A stretch of DNA of 64,000 bases, from positions 61,199-125,198 of the forward strand of contig JPGV01000010.1 of the NCBI GenBank assembly GCA_000724175.1, written 5' to 3'. Of this stretch, positions 35,680 through 45,661 are shown piece by piece; the first letter of the stretch is position 1; every line of letters begins with the position of its first letter. The translations under genes and the position numbers were made by a program. The DNA comes from [Candidatus Thermochlorobacteriaceae] bacterium GBChlB. Lineage in GTDB: Bacteria > Bacteroidota > Chlorobiia > Chlorobiales > Thermochlorobacteraceae. The notes under the pieces were generated by a model. It had not been told where the DNA came from. It ran no database searches and saw only the letters and a list, made by a program, of their open reading frames with translations.

Positions 35680-37941
35680 CTAAGTTGGGTTGCTCATGGA
35701 GGGCGGCGCGGCAGCCGGCGATTTTCCCCAAGTCGGATGCGGAGTCGCGCCCATTTCAAACATCAATGTGCCGCCGTTCATCAAGTCTTGATGACGAATC
35801 CACGTCGTTTCAATTTTTTTGCCGTTGAGCGTTACTGATTGAATGTAAATGTTTTTCATTGAGACATTTCGCGCTTTAATCGTAAGCGTTTTGCTGTTGG
35901 ACAATCGCAGCGTTGCTTTTGGAAAGCGCGGCGAGCCGAAGACGTAAATTGCTTCGGCGGGATTGACGGGATAGAGTCCCAACGCGCTAAGCACATACCA
36001 CGCCGACATCTGCCCGCAGTCTTCGTTGCCGCATAGTCCTTCGGTCGTGTGGTTGTAGAGGTGGGTCAAAATTTGCGTTACGCGCTCTGCCGTTTTGTGC
36101 GGCGCTCCTGCATAAGCATAAAGGTAGGCAATGTGATGGCTTGGCTCATTGCCGTGTGCGTATTGACCAATCAAGCCCGAGACATCCGGCGAGGCGCTCG
36201 CGCCCAATTCCGACGATTCTGTGAAAAGCGAATCCAACTTTTGAATGAACCGCTCGCGTCCGCCCATGAGCGTCATCAAACCTTGAACATCGTGCGGCAC
36301 AAACCATGTGTATTGCCAAGAGTTACCTTCGGTGAATGAGCCGTCGCGGTGCTCGGCGTTGCGCGGATTGAACGGCGACTGCCATCGACCGAGCGAATCT
36401 TTGGCGCGCATAAATCCCACGCCCACGTCGAACATGTTTCGATAAAACGTCGCGCGGCGTTCAAACTCGGCGGCGTCGGCCGTTTTGCCCAACGCTTTGG
36501 CAAGGCTTGCGATGCACCAATCGTCGTAAGCGTATTCTAATGTCTTTGAGACCGATTCGTTCTCGAGTTCAAACGGTATGAAGCCGTAGCGACGGGAATA
36601 CTTCAAGCCGCGCGCGTCTTTTATTGCGCTCGATTTCATCGCCTCGTAAAATTTTTCAGCCTCTGCTTTTTTCAGGAAACCTTTGGCGAAAGCATCGGCG
36701 ATAACTGGAATCGAGTGGTAGCCAATCATCACATACGATTCGTTGGACATTAGCGGCCAGACAGGCAGTTCGCCAAACTGTTCATACTGCGCGTAGAACG
36801 ACGCAAGGAAATCTCTCACACGTTCTGAAAACACAAGCGTCGAGAGCGGATGCCATGCGCGAAATGTGTCCCAAAGCGAAAAGACGGTGTAGTTTGTAAA
36901 GCCTTCGGCGACGTGAATTTTTTTCTCTTTCGGTTCAGAGCCTCTATACTTTCCATTGATGTCTTGATAGAGCGACGGCGCGAGCATGGCATGATACATC
37001 GCTGTGTAGAATGTGGTTTTCTCTTCGTCCGATGCGCCCTCTATCGTCAGGCGATTCAATTTTTTTTCCCACGCTGCTTCGGTTTGCTGGCGAGTCTGGT
37101 CGAACTTCCAATGCGGAATTTCTCGGCGCAAATTTTCCAACGCGCCTTCACTGCTCACATAAGAGAGGGCAACTTTGACCAAAATTTTTTCGTCTTGCTC
37201 GGTTTTGAAATTGAAAAAGGCGCGGGCTTTTGGGCTTCGCAACTCGCGTTGATTCGGGAACACGGTCGAGTCAGTTGCAACGCCAAAGGCATCGGGACGT
37301 TTCGAGAGCACCATTGCAAAATGAACCAACTGATTTTGCGCCCAGCCCGATGACAATCGGTATCCGGTAACAAGCGTGTCGCTCACAATTTTGACGACGG
37401 CGTCGGAACACCAATCCCAGCCAATGCCGTGATGAAGATTGAGCATTAGGCGTGCGCTGTCCGATGTTGGAAAGGTGTATCGATGAAATCCGACGCGGGG
37501 CGAGACGGTGAGTTCGGCTTGAATTTTTGTGTCGCGCAAATAGACACGATAATAGCCCGGTGTGGCTTGCTCATCGCTATGCGAAAAGCTCGAGCCATAG
37601 CCCTGTCGCCAATTTTTCCGTTCCGCGCATCCAAGTTTGAGCGCGCCCACCGTCGGCATTAGAGAAATGTCGCCCATTTCGCCGATGCCGGTGCCAGACA
37701 CATGTGTGTGGCTGAACCCAATGATAATCGAATCGGAATTGTGATAGCCCGAACACCAATCCCAGCCCGAGTTGAATTGGTCGGGACTGAGTTGCACCAT
37801 ACCAAACGGCGATGCTGCACCCGGAAATGTATGACCGTGCCCGCCCGTGCCGAGCATTGGATTAACATGACGCGTCAGCGGTTGACCAAGCAGGGCAACG
37901 GGCAACAGCGTCGCAACAACGAAAAAACGGACTTGCATCAT
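35680..37941 (-). CDS. GH92 alpha-mannosidase
   Basis: GTGGHGHTFPGA..PFGMVQLSPD, SLWDTFRA, MIGYHS, SVSKTLEYAYDD, TEGN, HGNEPSHH, GNEDCGQMSAWY; start taken at 37941. Confidence 0.94.
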   Translation of the reverse strand: MMQVRFFVVATLLPVALLGQPLTRHVNPMLGTGGHGHTFPGAASPFGMVQLSPDQFNSGWDWCSGYHNSDSIIIGFSHTHVSGTGIGEMGDISLMPTVGALKLGCAERKNWRQGYGSSFSHSDEQATPGYYRVYLRDTKIQAELTVSPRVGFHRYTFPTSDSARLMLNLHHGIGWDWCSDAVVKIVSDTLVTGYRLSSGWAQNQLVHFAMVLSKRPDAFGVATDSTVFPNQRELRSPKARAFFNFKTEQDEKILVKVALSYVSSEGALENLRREIPHWKFDQTRQQTEAAWEKKLNRLTIEGASDEEKTTFYTAMYHAMLAPSLYQDINGKYRGSEPKEKKIHVAEGFTNYTVFSLWDTFRAWHPLSTLVFSERVRDFLASFYAQYEQFGELPVWPLMSNESYVMIGYHSIPVIADAFAKGFLKKAEAEKFYEAMKSSAIKDARGLKYSRRYGFIPFELENESVSKTLEYAYDDWCIASLAKALGKTADAAEFERRATFYRNMFDVGVGFMRAKDSLGRWQSPFNPRNAEHRDGSFTEGNSWQYTWFVPHDVQGLMTLMGGRERFIQKLDSLFTESSELGASASPDVSGLIGQYAHGNEPSHHIAYLYAYAGAPHKTAERVTQILTHLYNHTTEGLCGNEDCGQMSAWYVLSALGLYPVNPAEAIYVFGSPRFPKATLRLSNSKTLTIKARNVSMKNIYIQSVTLNGKKIETTWIRHQDLMNGGTLMFEMGATPHPTWGKSPAAAPPSMSNPT

Positions 37942-37974
37942 TAGCCAGCTTATTTTGACGACGCGATTAGCAGA

Positions 37975-38015
37975 ATAAAAAACGCTCCGCTCGACACAAC
38001 TCGCCAAGCGGAGCG
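37975..38015 (-). terminator. Intrinsic terminator/attenuator inside the glycan locus
   Basis: CGCTCCGCT...AGCGGAGCG stem followed by TTTTTT on the minus strand, just after the stop at 38038. Confidence 0.65.
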
Positions 38016-38037
38016 CACAAATGATGGAGCAACAACT

Positions 38038-41000
38038 TTACTTTAAGAGCATCATCTTGCGTGTTTCCGCAAATGACCCCGCTTGCAATCGATAGAAATA
38101 AACGCCGCTGGCTAAACTTGAGGCGTTGAACTGCACCACATAGTTGCCCGCGCTTTGGCGTCCATTGACCAACGTAGCCACCTCTCGGCCAAGCAGGTCA
38201 TAGACTTTCAGGGTTACAGTTTGCGCTGAAGGCAATGTGTAGCTAATGGTCGTCGCCGGGTTGAACGGGTTTGGATAGTTCTGCGCCAACCGGAACTCCT
38301 CAGGTTTGCCGCCCAAGTTAATCGGCGTGTTCAGCAAGCCTGCCACAGGATTGCGGTCGAGTTTTGTGCCGATGCCGAACTGTCCGAGCTCCTCGCGCGT
38401 CAGGTTGAACGCTTTGAGGAAGTTGCCGCTTCGCATGGTGCTGAGCGCAATCCATGGCGATGTGGCATTGTTGCGACGGGCGATGTAAAGGTTCTGCGGA
38501 CGCAGAATGTTTGTCAAGCCCGCCACATCGAGGCTGATGTCGAATCGGGCGCGCGCGCCTAAGCCCGTTTGGTTGATTGTCCAGATTCTGCCCGGAATGA
38601 CCACGTGCGGCGCAGGGTCGCCATCGTTAATACGGTAGATGTTATTGTAGCCCACTGTGTCAATGACACCTACGCCGATTCTGATGGTATCAACCGTTGC
38701 AATTGTGCTGCGCGTTGCGGTCAATGTGCCGCTGGTTGTGTCGTTGCGCGCGAGTTCAACGAAAGCACCTGTTGAGCCAAGCACATAGTAGCCTTCGCCT
38801 GCTTCTCTGGCGGCGATGGTCGGGTTTGCTGTAAAGGCTTTAGCCGCAAGCGGGAACGGGCTTTCATCGGCAATGATGCTGCGAATGAAAATCTCGCCTC
38901 GGAAGCGCGGCGCGCTGGTAGTATAAACAGGCGCGAAGTCTCCGCCTTGTGAGTCCGGTCCGCGATTGCCGACGACGCGAACCACTCTGTCTGGGTCATC
39001 AAAATTATGGCGGAAGGTCATTCCCGTAATGAGTCCGGGATTGATGTTCAGAATCAGTTGGTCGATGCGCGTGCTGTCGACCGAATAGGTCGCATTGGCA
39101 CCGAAGCCGAAGACATTGCCGAAGTCAAGCCCTCTGAATTCGTTGGTGAAGTCAAAGATGTATTCGTGATACTTGCCGTCGGCGATGAGCGTGGCTTGGC
39201 GCGGGATTTCATTGCTGAATCGGCGTCCGCCGTTGGTTACGCGGAATTGTCGTCCCGTGTCGCCGGGCGCGTTGATATACGGCGGGCGACTCGCGTCGCG
39301 CAAAATAATTTGCAGGGTCGGCGCAATGTCGCGGTTAAAGGCGTTAAGGTTTTCCGTCGTTGTTCTTGCAAAGACGTGCAGCACTTTTGCGCGGCTCAAG
39401 TTGACGGGTGTGGTATCTGTTGCCGACGATTTGAACGTTTTCCAGATAGGGTCGCCACCGCCACCGAGCGTATCACGCGCGCCGCCGGGCAACGGACGCA
39501 AGCCTTGTGGCAATCCATTCACGCCAATGTTACCCGATACACCGATGCGCAGCGCGGGCGCGCCTTGGTCAGTCGTCCAAGCCAGTGTATGGCGGTCGCG
39601 CGTAAAGACGCCGAAGAGCGGTGGCGGTACTGTCCAGCCGTTGCGGTTAGTATCCGAGACGCTGAAGTTATCCAGCTCAAGTCGAGACGGTGCAGTGTTA
39701 CTCGGCACGCTGATGGAAAACTTCAAACTCAGGTAACGCTCGACCTGATCGATTTCAGCAGTCGAAAGCGCGCGGTTATAGACAATCACTTCGGCAATGT
39801 CGTTCTGACCTGCGCCCGTGCCGTTGAGCAATGCGCCCAAGCGTAATCTCGCGCCGCTTCCGCCCGCGTTGGTTACCGTGCCGGAATACGTTGCGATTGA
39901 AAATTGTCCTTGCGCAAGCGCCAGCGCAGTCGCACCATTTCGACGCAGGGTTGGCGCTGCGCCGCCCGTTGGTGCAGCCGCGAGCGTTCTGGTTCCGCCT
40001 GTTGCTGCAAGCAAGGCAAAGCCAGTCGCACTTGCTGCTGTGTCGGCGGTGGCGCCAATAACCGTTTCACGGCTTACGGCTGACAGCGTTGCGCGTTGAT
40101 TGGCGAAGACTGCGAAGGCTGTAATCGCGCCGCTCGTCGGGAGCGCAACGCCCATGGTGTCGTCTGTTCCATCAAACCGCAGCGCAGCGAAGTTATTGAC
40201 CAAACTTGGCACAAGAGTCGGACGTGCGCCGCCATTGGAGACGGCGTTGCGACGATTGCCCGACGCATCCAGCCAGAACGGCACAGCATCGCCACGATTA
40301 AATCCTGACTGACTGATTTCATCGGCGCGCAGCCAGAGTTGAATGCCCGATGACGGAATTTGCGTTACTGGTGCAGCGTTGAAGAGCGGAATAAGCGGGA
40401 TGTTGTAGCGACCGCTCAGGTAACTTTCAACTTGTGCGCGCTCATCGCTGCTCAATCGACGATTGTAAATCAAAATTTCTGCGATGTCGTTTCGACCAGC
40501 GCGTGTCGAGTCGCGATTTGCGCCGATAACGAAAGGTCGACCGCTGCCGCGCGTGTTTTGCAAATCGAAGGCTTCGTAAGTGATAATCGTAAACTCACCC
40601 AAGTTCAGCGTGGGCGACACGGCAAACCCATTTCGGCGAATCGCAAAGCCACCGTCAGCGCCTTCGTTGCTGCCGCCTTCACGGCGAATTTCACGGTTCG
40701 ATCGGTTCGCAAACGTGTTGTAGCTTGAGAAGCCAAAGCCTCTGGCGGGAAAATCGTTCTTCGTTGCAATGACCATATCGACACCGTCGCCCGATGCCAA
40801 GAGCGGGTCACGTTGATGTGCCAAGACAACAAACGCCGTAACGGTCGCCTGCGTGGAGTCGTTGACGGTCATCAACGGCTGGTCTTTGGTTAAACCACCA
40901 TTCCCATTGAAACGGACAGCTGGCAGCCCGTTAATCGCGTTGGCGCGCAGTGTGGGACGAAATGTGCCAGTTGATGTGGCTGGACGGCTGTTGCCGGAGT

Positions 41001-41160
41001 TGTCGGGCCAAGTGCTAATGGGTTGTCCATCAGAAACGCCCGTAATGTCGCTGGCGCGCAGCCAGAAGCGCAGTCCGTTTGTCGGAACTGGCTGCTGAGC
41101 CGTCGCTGTTACGCTAAACAGAAGTGCAAACAGCAGTAACAGTATCGCTGGTTTTCTCAT
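38038..41160 (-). CDS. Secreted multidomain protein: 2 LamG/ConA-like repeats + CBM-like domain + T9SS-type C-terminal sorting domain
   Basis: Signal peptide MRKPAILLLL..ATA|Q. Duplicated WLRA..I...W.D.SGN...P...N...A.RF.G...IAE...YNR.LS..E...VE.YLS unit. Tail LAQNYPNPFNPATTISY.LP...SGVYFYRLQAG...KMMLLK. Confidence 0.8.
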   Translation of the reverse strand: MRKPAILLLLFALLFSVTATAQQPVPTNGLRFWLRASDITGVSDGQPISTWPDNSGNSRPATSTGTFRPTLRANAINGLPAVRFNGNGGLTKDQPLMTVNDSTQATVTAFVVLAHQRDPLLASGDGVDMVIATKNDFPARGFGFSSYNTFANRSNREIRREGGSNEGADGGFAIRRNGFAVSPTLNLGEFTIITYEAFDLQNTRGSGRPFVIGANRDSTRAGRNDIAEILIYNRRLSSDERAQVESYLSGRYNIPLIPLFNAAPVTQIPSSGIQLWLRADEISQSGFNRGDAVPFWLDASGNRRNAVSNGGARPTLVPSLVNNFAALRFDGTDDTMGVALPTSGAITAFAVFANQRATLSAVSRETVIGATADTAASATGFALLAATGGTRTLAAAPTGGAAPTLRRNGATALALAQGQFSIATYSGTVTNAGGSGARLRLGALLNGTGAGQNDIAEVIVYNRALSTAEIDQVERYLSLKFSISVPSNTAPSRLELDNFSVSDTNRNGWTVPPPLFGVFTRDRHTLAWTTDQGAPALRIGVSGNIGVNGLPQGLRPLPGGARDTLGGGGDPIWKTFKSSATDTTPVNLSRAKVLHVFARTTTENLNAFNRDIAPTLQIILRDASRPPYINAPGDTGRQFRVTNGGRRFSNEIPRQATLIADGKYHEYIFDFTNEFRGLDFGNVFGFGANATYSVDSTRIDQLILNINPGLITGMTFRHNFDDPDRVVRVVGNRGPDSQGGDFAPVYTTSAPRFRGEIFIRSIIADESPFPLAAKAFTANPTIAAREAGEGYYVLGSTGAFVELARNDTTSGTLTATRSTIATVDTIRIGVGVIDTVGYNNIYRINDGDPAPHVVIPGRIWTINQTGLGARARFDISLDVAGLTNILRPQNLYIARRNNATSPWIALSTMRSGNFLKAFNLTREELGQFGIGTKLDRNPVAGLLNTPINLGGKPEEFRLAQNYPNPFNPATTISYTLPSAQTVTLKVYDLLGREVATLVNGRQSAGNYVVQFNASSLASGVYFYRLQAGSFAETRKMMLLK

Positions 41161-41270
41161 TGTTGTTAATTGGTTAGTGTTGACAAAACATTCATTCAAG
41201 AAATGTAGACGCCTCTCGAAGTGAATCCGTTGAGCATCGAGACGCGATTGCATGTTTTGTTGAATCGAAA

Positions 41271-41287
41271 ATTTAATCGTTTCAATT
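41271..41287. promoter_or_regulatory. Putative LacI operator ATTTAATCGTTTCAATT (copy 1)
   Basis: Identical 17-mer at 56112-56128. Imperfect palindrome around a central CG, like LacI-family TGAAANCGNTTTCA sites. Confidence 0.72.
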
Positions 41288-41342
41288 TTCTGACGAGAAA
41301 TTTAAGGCACTTGGTTCAAAATTTCAAAATGTTGTCGCGCCC

Positions 41343-42242
41343 TCATTCAGCCACGAGCATCGCTGCGCCGAAGACGCCTGCACTGTCGCCCAATAAGGGC
41401 TTGAGAATCCGTGTATCGAGCCGATGGTTGAAGACGTATTTTTTAAGTTCTGCCACGCCCTCGGTGTAGAGCGTATCGATATTGCCCACGCCGCCGCCCA
41501 CGACAACCGCATCGGGGTCTAAAATGTTAATCACCGACGCGAGTGCTCTGCCGAAATAGTGATGCAGTCGGTTCATCGTCGCGCTGGCTGCCGCATCGAT
41601 ATTTTGTTGATGCCGTCGAACAATATCGGGCAAGCCGAGCTGGCTGCCACTTTGCGAAGCGTAGTACTTCTCGAGCGCGGGACCTGCAATAAAACTCTCG
41701 ACGCAGCCCCTGATACCGCTGTAACACATCTCGCCGTTTTCGTCCAGCACATTGTGTCCCCATTCACCAGCGATGCCTTGCGCGCCGTTCAAGACTTTTC
41801 CATCGACGACCACGCCGCCGCCGACGCCTGTTCCCATAATTACACCGAAAACGACCGACGCGCCTTTCGCCGCGCCCAACCGCGCTTCTGCTAAGGCGAA
41901 ACAATTGGCATCATTGGCGACGACCACCTCAATGCCGAGTTTGTTCGATAAATCTTTCGGCAAATTTTTTCCGTTGAGCGCCGTCGTGTTGCAGTTTTTC
42001 ATTGCGCTGATGTGTTTATCGAACGTGCCCGGTGTGCCAATGCCAATGCGGCTCGGCAGCCCGCCTGTCTTCGTCGAGAGGTCTTTTACCAGCAGTGCAA
42101 TTTGATCTAAGATATGCTCGTAGCCCTCTGCGGCTTCGGTCGGCACGCGCACTCGACAGAGCGGCTCGATGCTCGACGCTTCAGGCAGCACCACGCCCTC
42201 GATTTTTGTTCCGCCTAAATCAATTCCCCACACATGCGACAT
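41343..42242 (-). CDS. ROK-family sugar kinase (Mak/fructokinase-like)
   Basis: GIDLGGTKIE, NDANCFALAE, MGTGVGGG, AGEWGH, GDSAGVFGAA. Confidence 0.92.
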   Translation of the reverse strand: MSHVWGIDLGGTKIEGVVLPEASSIEPLCRVRVPTEAAEGYEHILDQIALLVKDLSTKTGGLPSRIGIGTPGTFDKHISAMKNCNTTALNGKNLPKDLSNKLGIEVVVANDANCFALAEARLGAAKGASVVFGVIMGTGVGGGVVVDGKVLNGAQGIAGEWGHNVLDENGEMCYSGIRGCVESFIAGPALEKYYASQSGSQLGLPDIVRRHQQNIDAAASATMNRLHHYFGRALASVINILDPDAVVVGGGVGNIDTLYTEGVAELKKYVFNHRLDTRILKPLLGDSAGVFGAAMLVAE

Positions 42243-42254
42243 TTGCGTTCAGCA

Positions 42255-44114
42255 TTACTTGGTAAGTTGAACAACCCCCGACACCGGCACATCAATGCGA
42301 TGAACACCCTTGCCGAAGTTCCGTTTCTCTTTACGCAGCAAGTTTCCCATGCAATCGAGAACTTCCATCGTGCATCCGTTAAGCTTGGCCTCGAGCTCAA
42401 GCACGACACCCTTGCGATGCGACGCATTGACGATGATGAGCGTCTTCGGCACATCTTTATCAATATCGACGACCATATCGGCGTAGAGCGCAACGATGCG
42501 TTTTGTTTTGTTCGCGGCGGCGACGATAGGATAGTTCAACTCAGGGTGTTGCGGCTGGAAATCACCATTGAGCAAGACATCACGGTGCGTCCTCCAAAAT
42601 GTCATCCAATAGCGAATCATCTGCACATGCGCCGTTGGAATTTTCTCGAATCGAGTCGAGAGTTGCGGCACCGCAAAAAGGACGTTCAAAATTTGTTCAG
42701 CGGCAATCTCGACAGGTTCGTTGGCGTTCCATGTTAGCATATCGCTATGCACCGCCGTGCCGCCAGAGAGCAAGCGAATATCGGTGGTGCGGACGCGGTT
42801 CTCGAGCGCATCGTTTGCACAGTCGCCCGCACGAAAGAGGTTGCCCGACGTGCGCATCGCAGGAGAAATGTATGCTTGACGAAATTCAATCATCAGGTCA
42901 GGCTTGAGCGTTTCCAACCGCGTGCGAATGTCGCTCATCAGTTTCACTGTCGCTTCTTCAACGGAGTCGAAGTCGCGCCCGCCGCCGGCGCTTGTCGCAG
43001 CAAGGTCTGGTAAGCGAAGCATATCAACGAAGTCCAATTTTAAGCCGTCGAGGTCGTATCGCCGTACGCCGTCTTCAAGTCGCCCGATAATGTATTCGCG
43101 CACGTCGGCAAACCGCGGGTCAAGCACGTGCGTTCTTAGCCCCCAATCGGTATAAAGAATTTTCTCTTTGAAGGTTTGCGCAGCGCGACTTCGCAGTCCA
43201 GCAAACGGCACAGCATACCACAAGAGAACTTTCATATCCAACTTGTGAATCTCCGCAACTGTTTGTTTGAAATCAGGAAACATGGTTGGATTGATTTCCC
43301 AGTCGCCGCAATCTTCGTAGATGCTGCGCGCGTCGGCGGTTTGCCAGCCATCGTCGATGATGACGGCGTCGCAGCCAAACTCTTTGGCAATTTTGCACTG
43401 CAAGAGCAGCGTGTCGGCGTTGAGCGCCTTGTGAAATGAATACCACGACGAATACATCGGCAGTCGACCGACCTTAGGCACGGGCATCGGCGGGTAGAAC
43501 GTCTCATACCACTTGCGGCAGTCATCGAGCGTTTGATAGAATTTCTTTGGGCGCGTGTCGAGGCGTAGGTCAAGCGCATAGTTTTTTTTCGGAGCGCGGT
43601 CGCGCCAGAAGAGTTCGATTTTGCAGTCGAGGCTCGAGGTTTCTTCATTAACACCCATGCGAGTTGTTATCGGGCTGACGGCGTCGGAGCAAGCAAAGGT
43701 GAGTTTGTTATCGCCGTTTGCGTTGTGCGCAATCATCAGTGGCGCATGGTGCGTCGCGCTCGAGTAAAATCCTTCTTGCCATGTGATTCGCAAATGGCGC
43801 GAGAACATCATTGACGCGTGCCAGTTCGATTGCACATCAATAATCGGGTGCGAGAAAGCGAGCGTAAGTCCAGCGGGCAACGTGTCGGGCGTGGGCGACT
43901 CGAGCGTGAGCCTAACGATGTCGAGCCCCAGCTCAATCGGCGTCGTCGTCAAGGTCGCCTTGAAACTGCGCATGTCGCCGTAGAGATACACAGCGTGGGT
44001 TGGCGTTTGGACAACTTGCCGTTGCGCCGAAGCATTGTGGCTTGCCCACACAAGCGCAAGCAGAGCGACAAAAAATTTTCCCGCCTTTTTTGCGAAGCGT
44101 TGAAGCGTCAGCAT
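42255..44114 (-). CDS. GH36-family alpha-galactosidase-like hydrolase
   Basis: YSSWY, IIDDGWQ, GDW, FPD, DGLKLDF, RAGDC; start uncertain (44114 or 44204). Confidence 0.85.
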   Translation of the reverse strand: MLTLQRFAKKAGKFFVALLALVWASHNASAQRQVVQTPTHAVYLYGDMRSFKATLTTTPIELGLDIVRLTLESPTPDTLPAGLTLAFSHPIIDVQSNWHASMMFSRHLRITWQEGFYSSATHHAPLMIAHNANGDNKLTFACSDAVSPITTRMGVNEETSSLDCKIELFWRDRAPKKNYALDLRLDTRPKKFYQTLDDCRKWYETFYPPMPVPKVGRLPMYSSWYSFHKALNADTLLLQCKIAKEFGCDAVIIDDGWQTADARSIYEDCGDWEINPTMFPDFKQTVAEIHKLDMKVLLWYAVPFAGLRSRAAQTFKEKILYTDWGLRTHVLDPRFADVREYIIGRLEDGVRRYDLDGLKLDFVDMLRLPDLAATSAGGGRDFDSVEEATVKLMSDIRTRLETLKPDLMIEFRQAYISPAMRTSGNLFRAGDCANDALENRVRTTDIRLLSGGTAVHSDMLTWNANEPVEIAAEQILNVLFAVPQLSTRFEKIPTAHVQMIRYWMTFWRTHRDVLLNGDFQPQHPELNYPIVAAANKTKRIVALYADMVVDIDKDVPKTLIIVNASHRKGVVLELEAKLNGCTMEVLDCMGNLLRKEKRNFGKGVHRIDVPVSGVVQLTK

Positions 44115-44208
44115 GGTCTCCAAGACATCACATGGCGTTGTGGCACTGACATAGTGCTTACGCTGTCGTCCTCGTGCAGCATGGAAGCAGGTGAACACGC
44201 TCATAGAG

Positions 44209-45645
44209 TTAGATTACTTTTTTGAGCAGGTGCGGACGCTCGGCATAGATTTTCAAGACAAGTTCACCGAAAAGCGTATTTGCCCAAGCAAACCATGAGC
44301 GCGTGAAGCGCTTGGCATCGTCTTTGTGAAACGCCTCGTGCATAAAGCCTGTGCCTGCGTGCGTGGTTTTGAGTATGCGCAGTTGCTTCAAAATTTCATC
44401 GTCGCTCGTTGAAGTCAGGGCGACGGCAATTACGCCCAAGTGCCAAATCATTTCCCACCCTGCGTGCGGTCCGCCGTAGCCTTCGCCCGCTTTGCCTTTG
44501 AAGTAATAAATGTGGTCGTCAGATAAAATGAACTTGCGCGTGTTAAGGTAAATCTCGTCGTCGGGCTTGACACAGCCGAAATACGGAAGCGAGATAAGCG
44601 AGGGCAGGTTGCCGTCGTCCATGAAGTAGTAGTTTCCGAAGCCGTCTGTCTCGTAGGCGTAGCAGTCGCCGTAGCCTAAGTGCGAGCGTTTGGCATATCT
44701 GCCCAAGAGTTCTGAAATCTCGTCGGCAAAGCGCACGCAACTTTCTGCGAAGGCTTTGTCTCGACGCTCTGTTGAGACCATTTCCGCAAGGTGGCGCAGC
44801 GATGTGGCAGCGAAAAAATTCGATGGGACGAGAAACGAGAACAGACAAGCATCGTCGGAGGGGCGAAACGCGCTGTGAATTAAGCCAATCTTTCGAGTTG
44901 GAAGCCCAAGCCCATCGTTGGCGATACAGTCGCCATACCACGCCGCAAACTCGCGCTTAAATCGATACGACCCATCGCTCGTGAGCCGTTGCTGTTCGCG
45001 GAACACGTCGTAGATGCGTTTCATCGCCGCGTCCCAGTCGTTATCCATAAACGAGGCATCGCCGGTGGTTTTCCAGTAGAGGTGTGAGAGTCGAATAGCG
45101 TAGCACAGCGAGTCGATTTCCCACTTGCGCTCGTGGAGTTCATTTCGCATCGCAGTTTTGTCGGTGTGCCAGCGCGAGATGGGTTTATCGTCGTAGTTGA
45201 ACGCATTGGCAAACGGGTCAATGAGAATACACTTGACATGTCGATTAATGACGCCTTTGATGAGGTTGGCGAGTTTTTTGTCGCTCTTGCAGAGCGAAAG
45301 ATACGGCGTTACTTGCGCGGCGCTGTCGCGCAGCCACATCGCGGGAATATCGCCAGTGATGATAAACGTATCGAGTTTGCCGTTCAGAACGCCGTGATGT
45401 GTAACCGTTGTATCGAGCGTGTTCGGAAAACAGTTTTCAAACAGCCACGCGAGTTCTTTATCGATTATGATTTTTTTCATTTGCTCAATAGTGGCATCGA
45501 CGGCGTCGCTTCGAAACGTGCGCATCGCTGGTGCAGGCCGCCTACTCCGATATTCCGATAGATGCCGATTTATCTCCCCAGCGTTCAGCCACAGTCCTGA
45601 CAGGGCAAGCGACGATGTCTTTAGAAACTCGCGACGAGACGACAT
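44209..45645 (-). CDS. GH125 exo-alpha-1,6-mannosidase with Tat signal
   Basis: SRREFLK; FENCFPNTLDTT, ITGDIPAMWLRDS, ERKWEIDSL, FRPSDDA, FTRSWFAWAN. Confidence 0.93.
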   Translation of the reverse strand: MSSRREFLKTSSLALSGLWLNAGEINRHLSEYRSRRPAPAMRTFRSDAVDATIEQMKKIIIDKELAWLFENCFPNTLDTTVTHHGVLNGKLDTFIITGDIPAMWLRDSAAQVTPYLSLCKSDKKLANLIKGVINRHVKCILIDPFANAFNYDDKPISRWHTDKTAMRNELHERKWEIDSLCYAIRLSHLYWKTTGDASFMDNDWDAAMKRIYDVFREQQRLTSDGSYRFKREFAAWYGDCIANDGLGLPTRKIGLIHSAFRPSDDACLFSFLVPSNFFAATSLRHLAEMVSTERRDKAFAESCVRFADEISELLGRYAKRSHLGYGDCYAYETDGFGNYYFMDDGNLPSLISLPYFGCVKPDDEIYLNTRKFILSDDHIYYFKGKAGEGYGGPHAGWEMIWHLGVIAVALTSTSDDEILKQLRILKTTHAGTGFMHEAFHKDDAKRFTRSWFAWANTLFGELVLKIYAERPHLLKKVI

Positions 45646-45661
45646 AAATAGTTCAGTTAGG

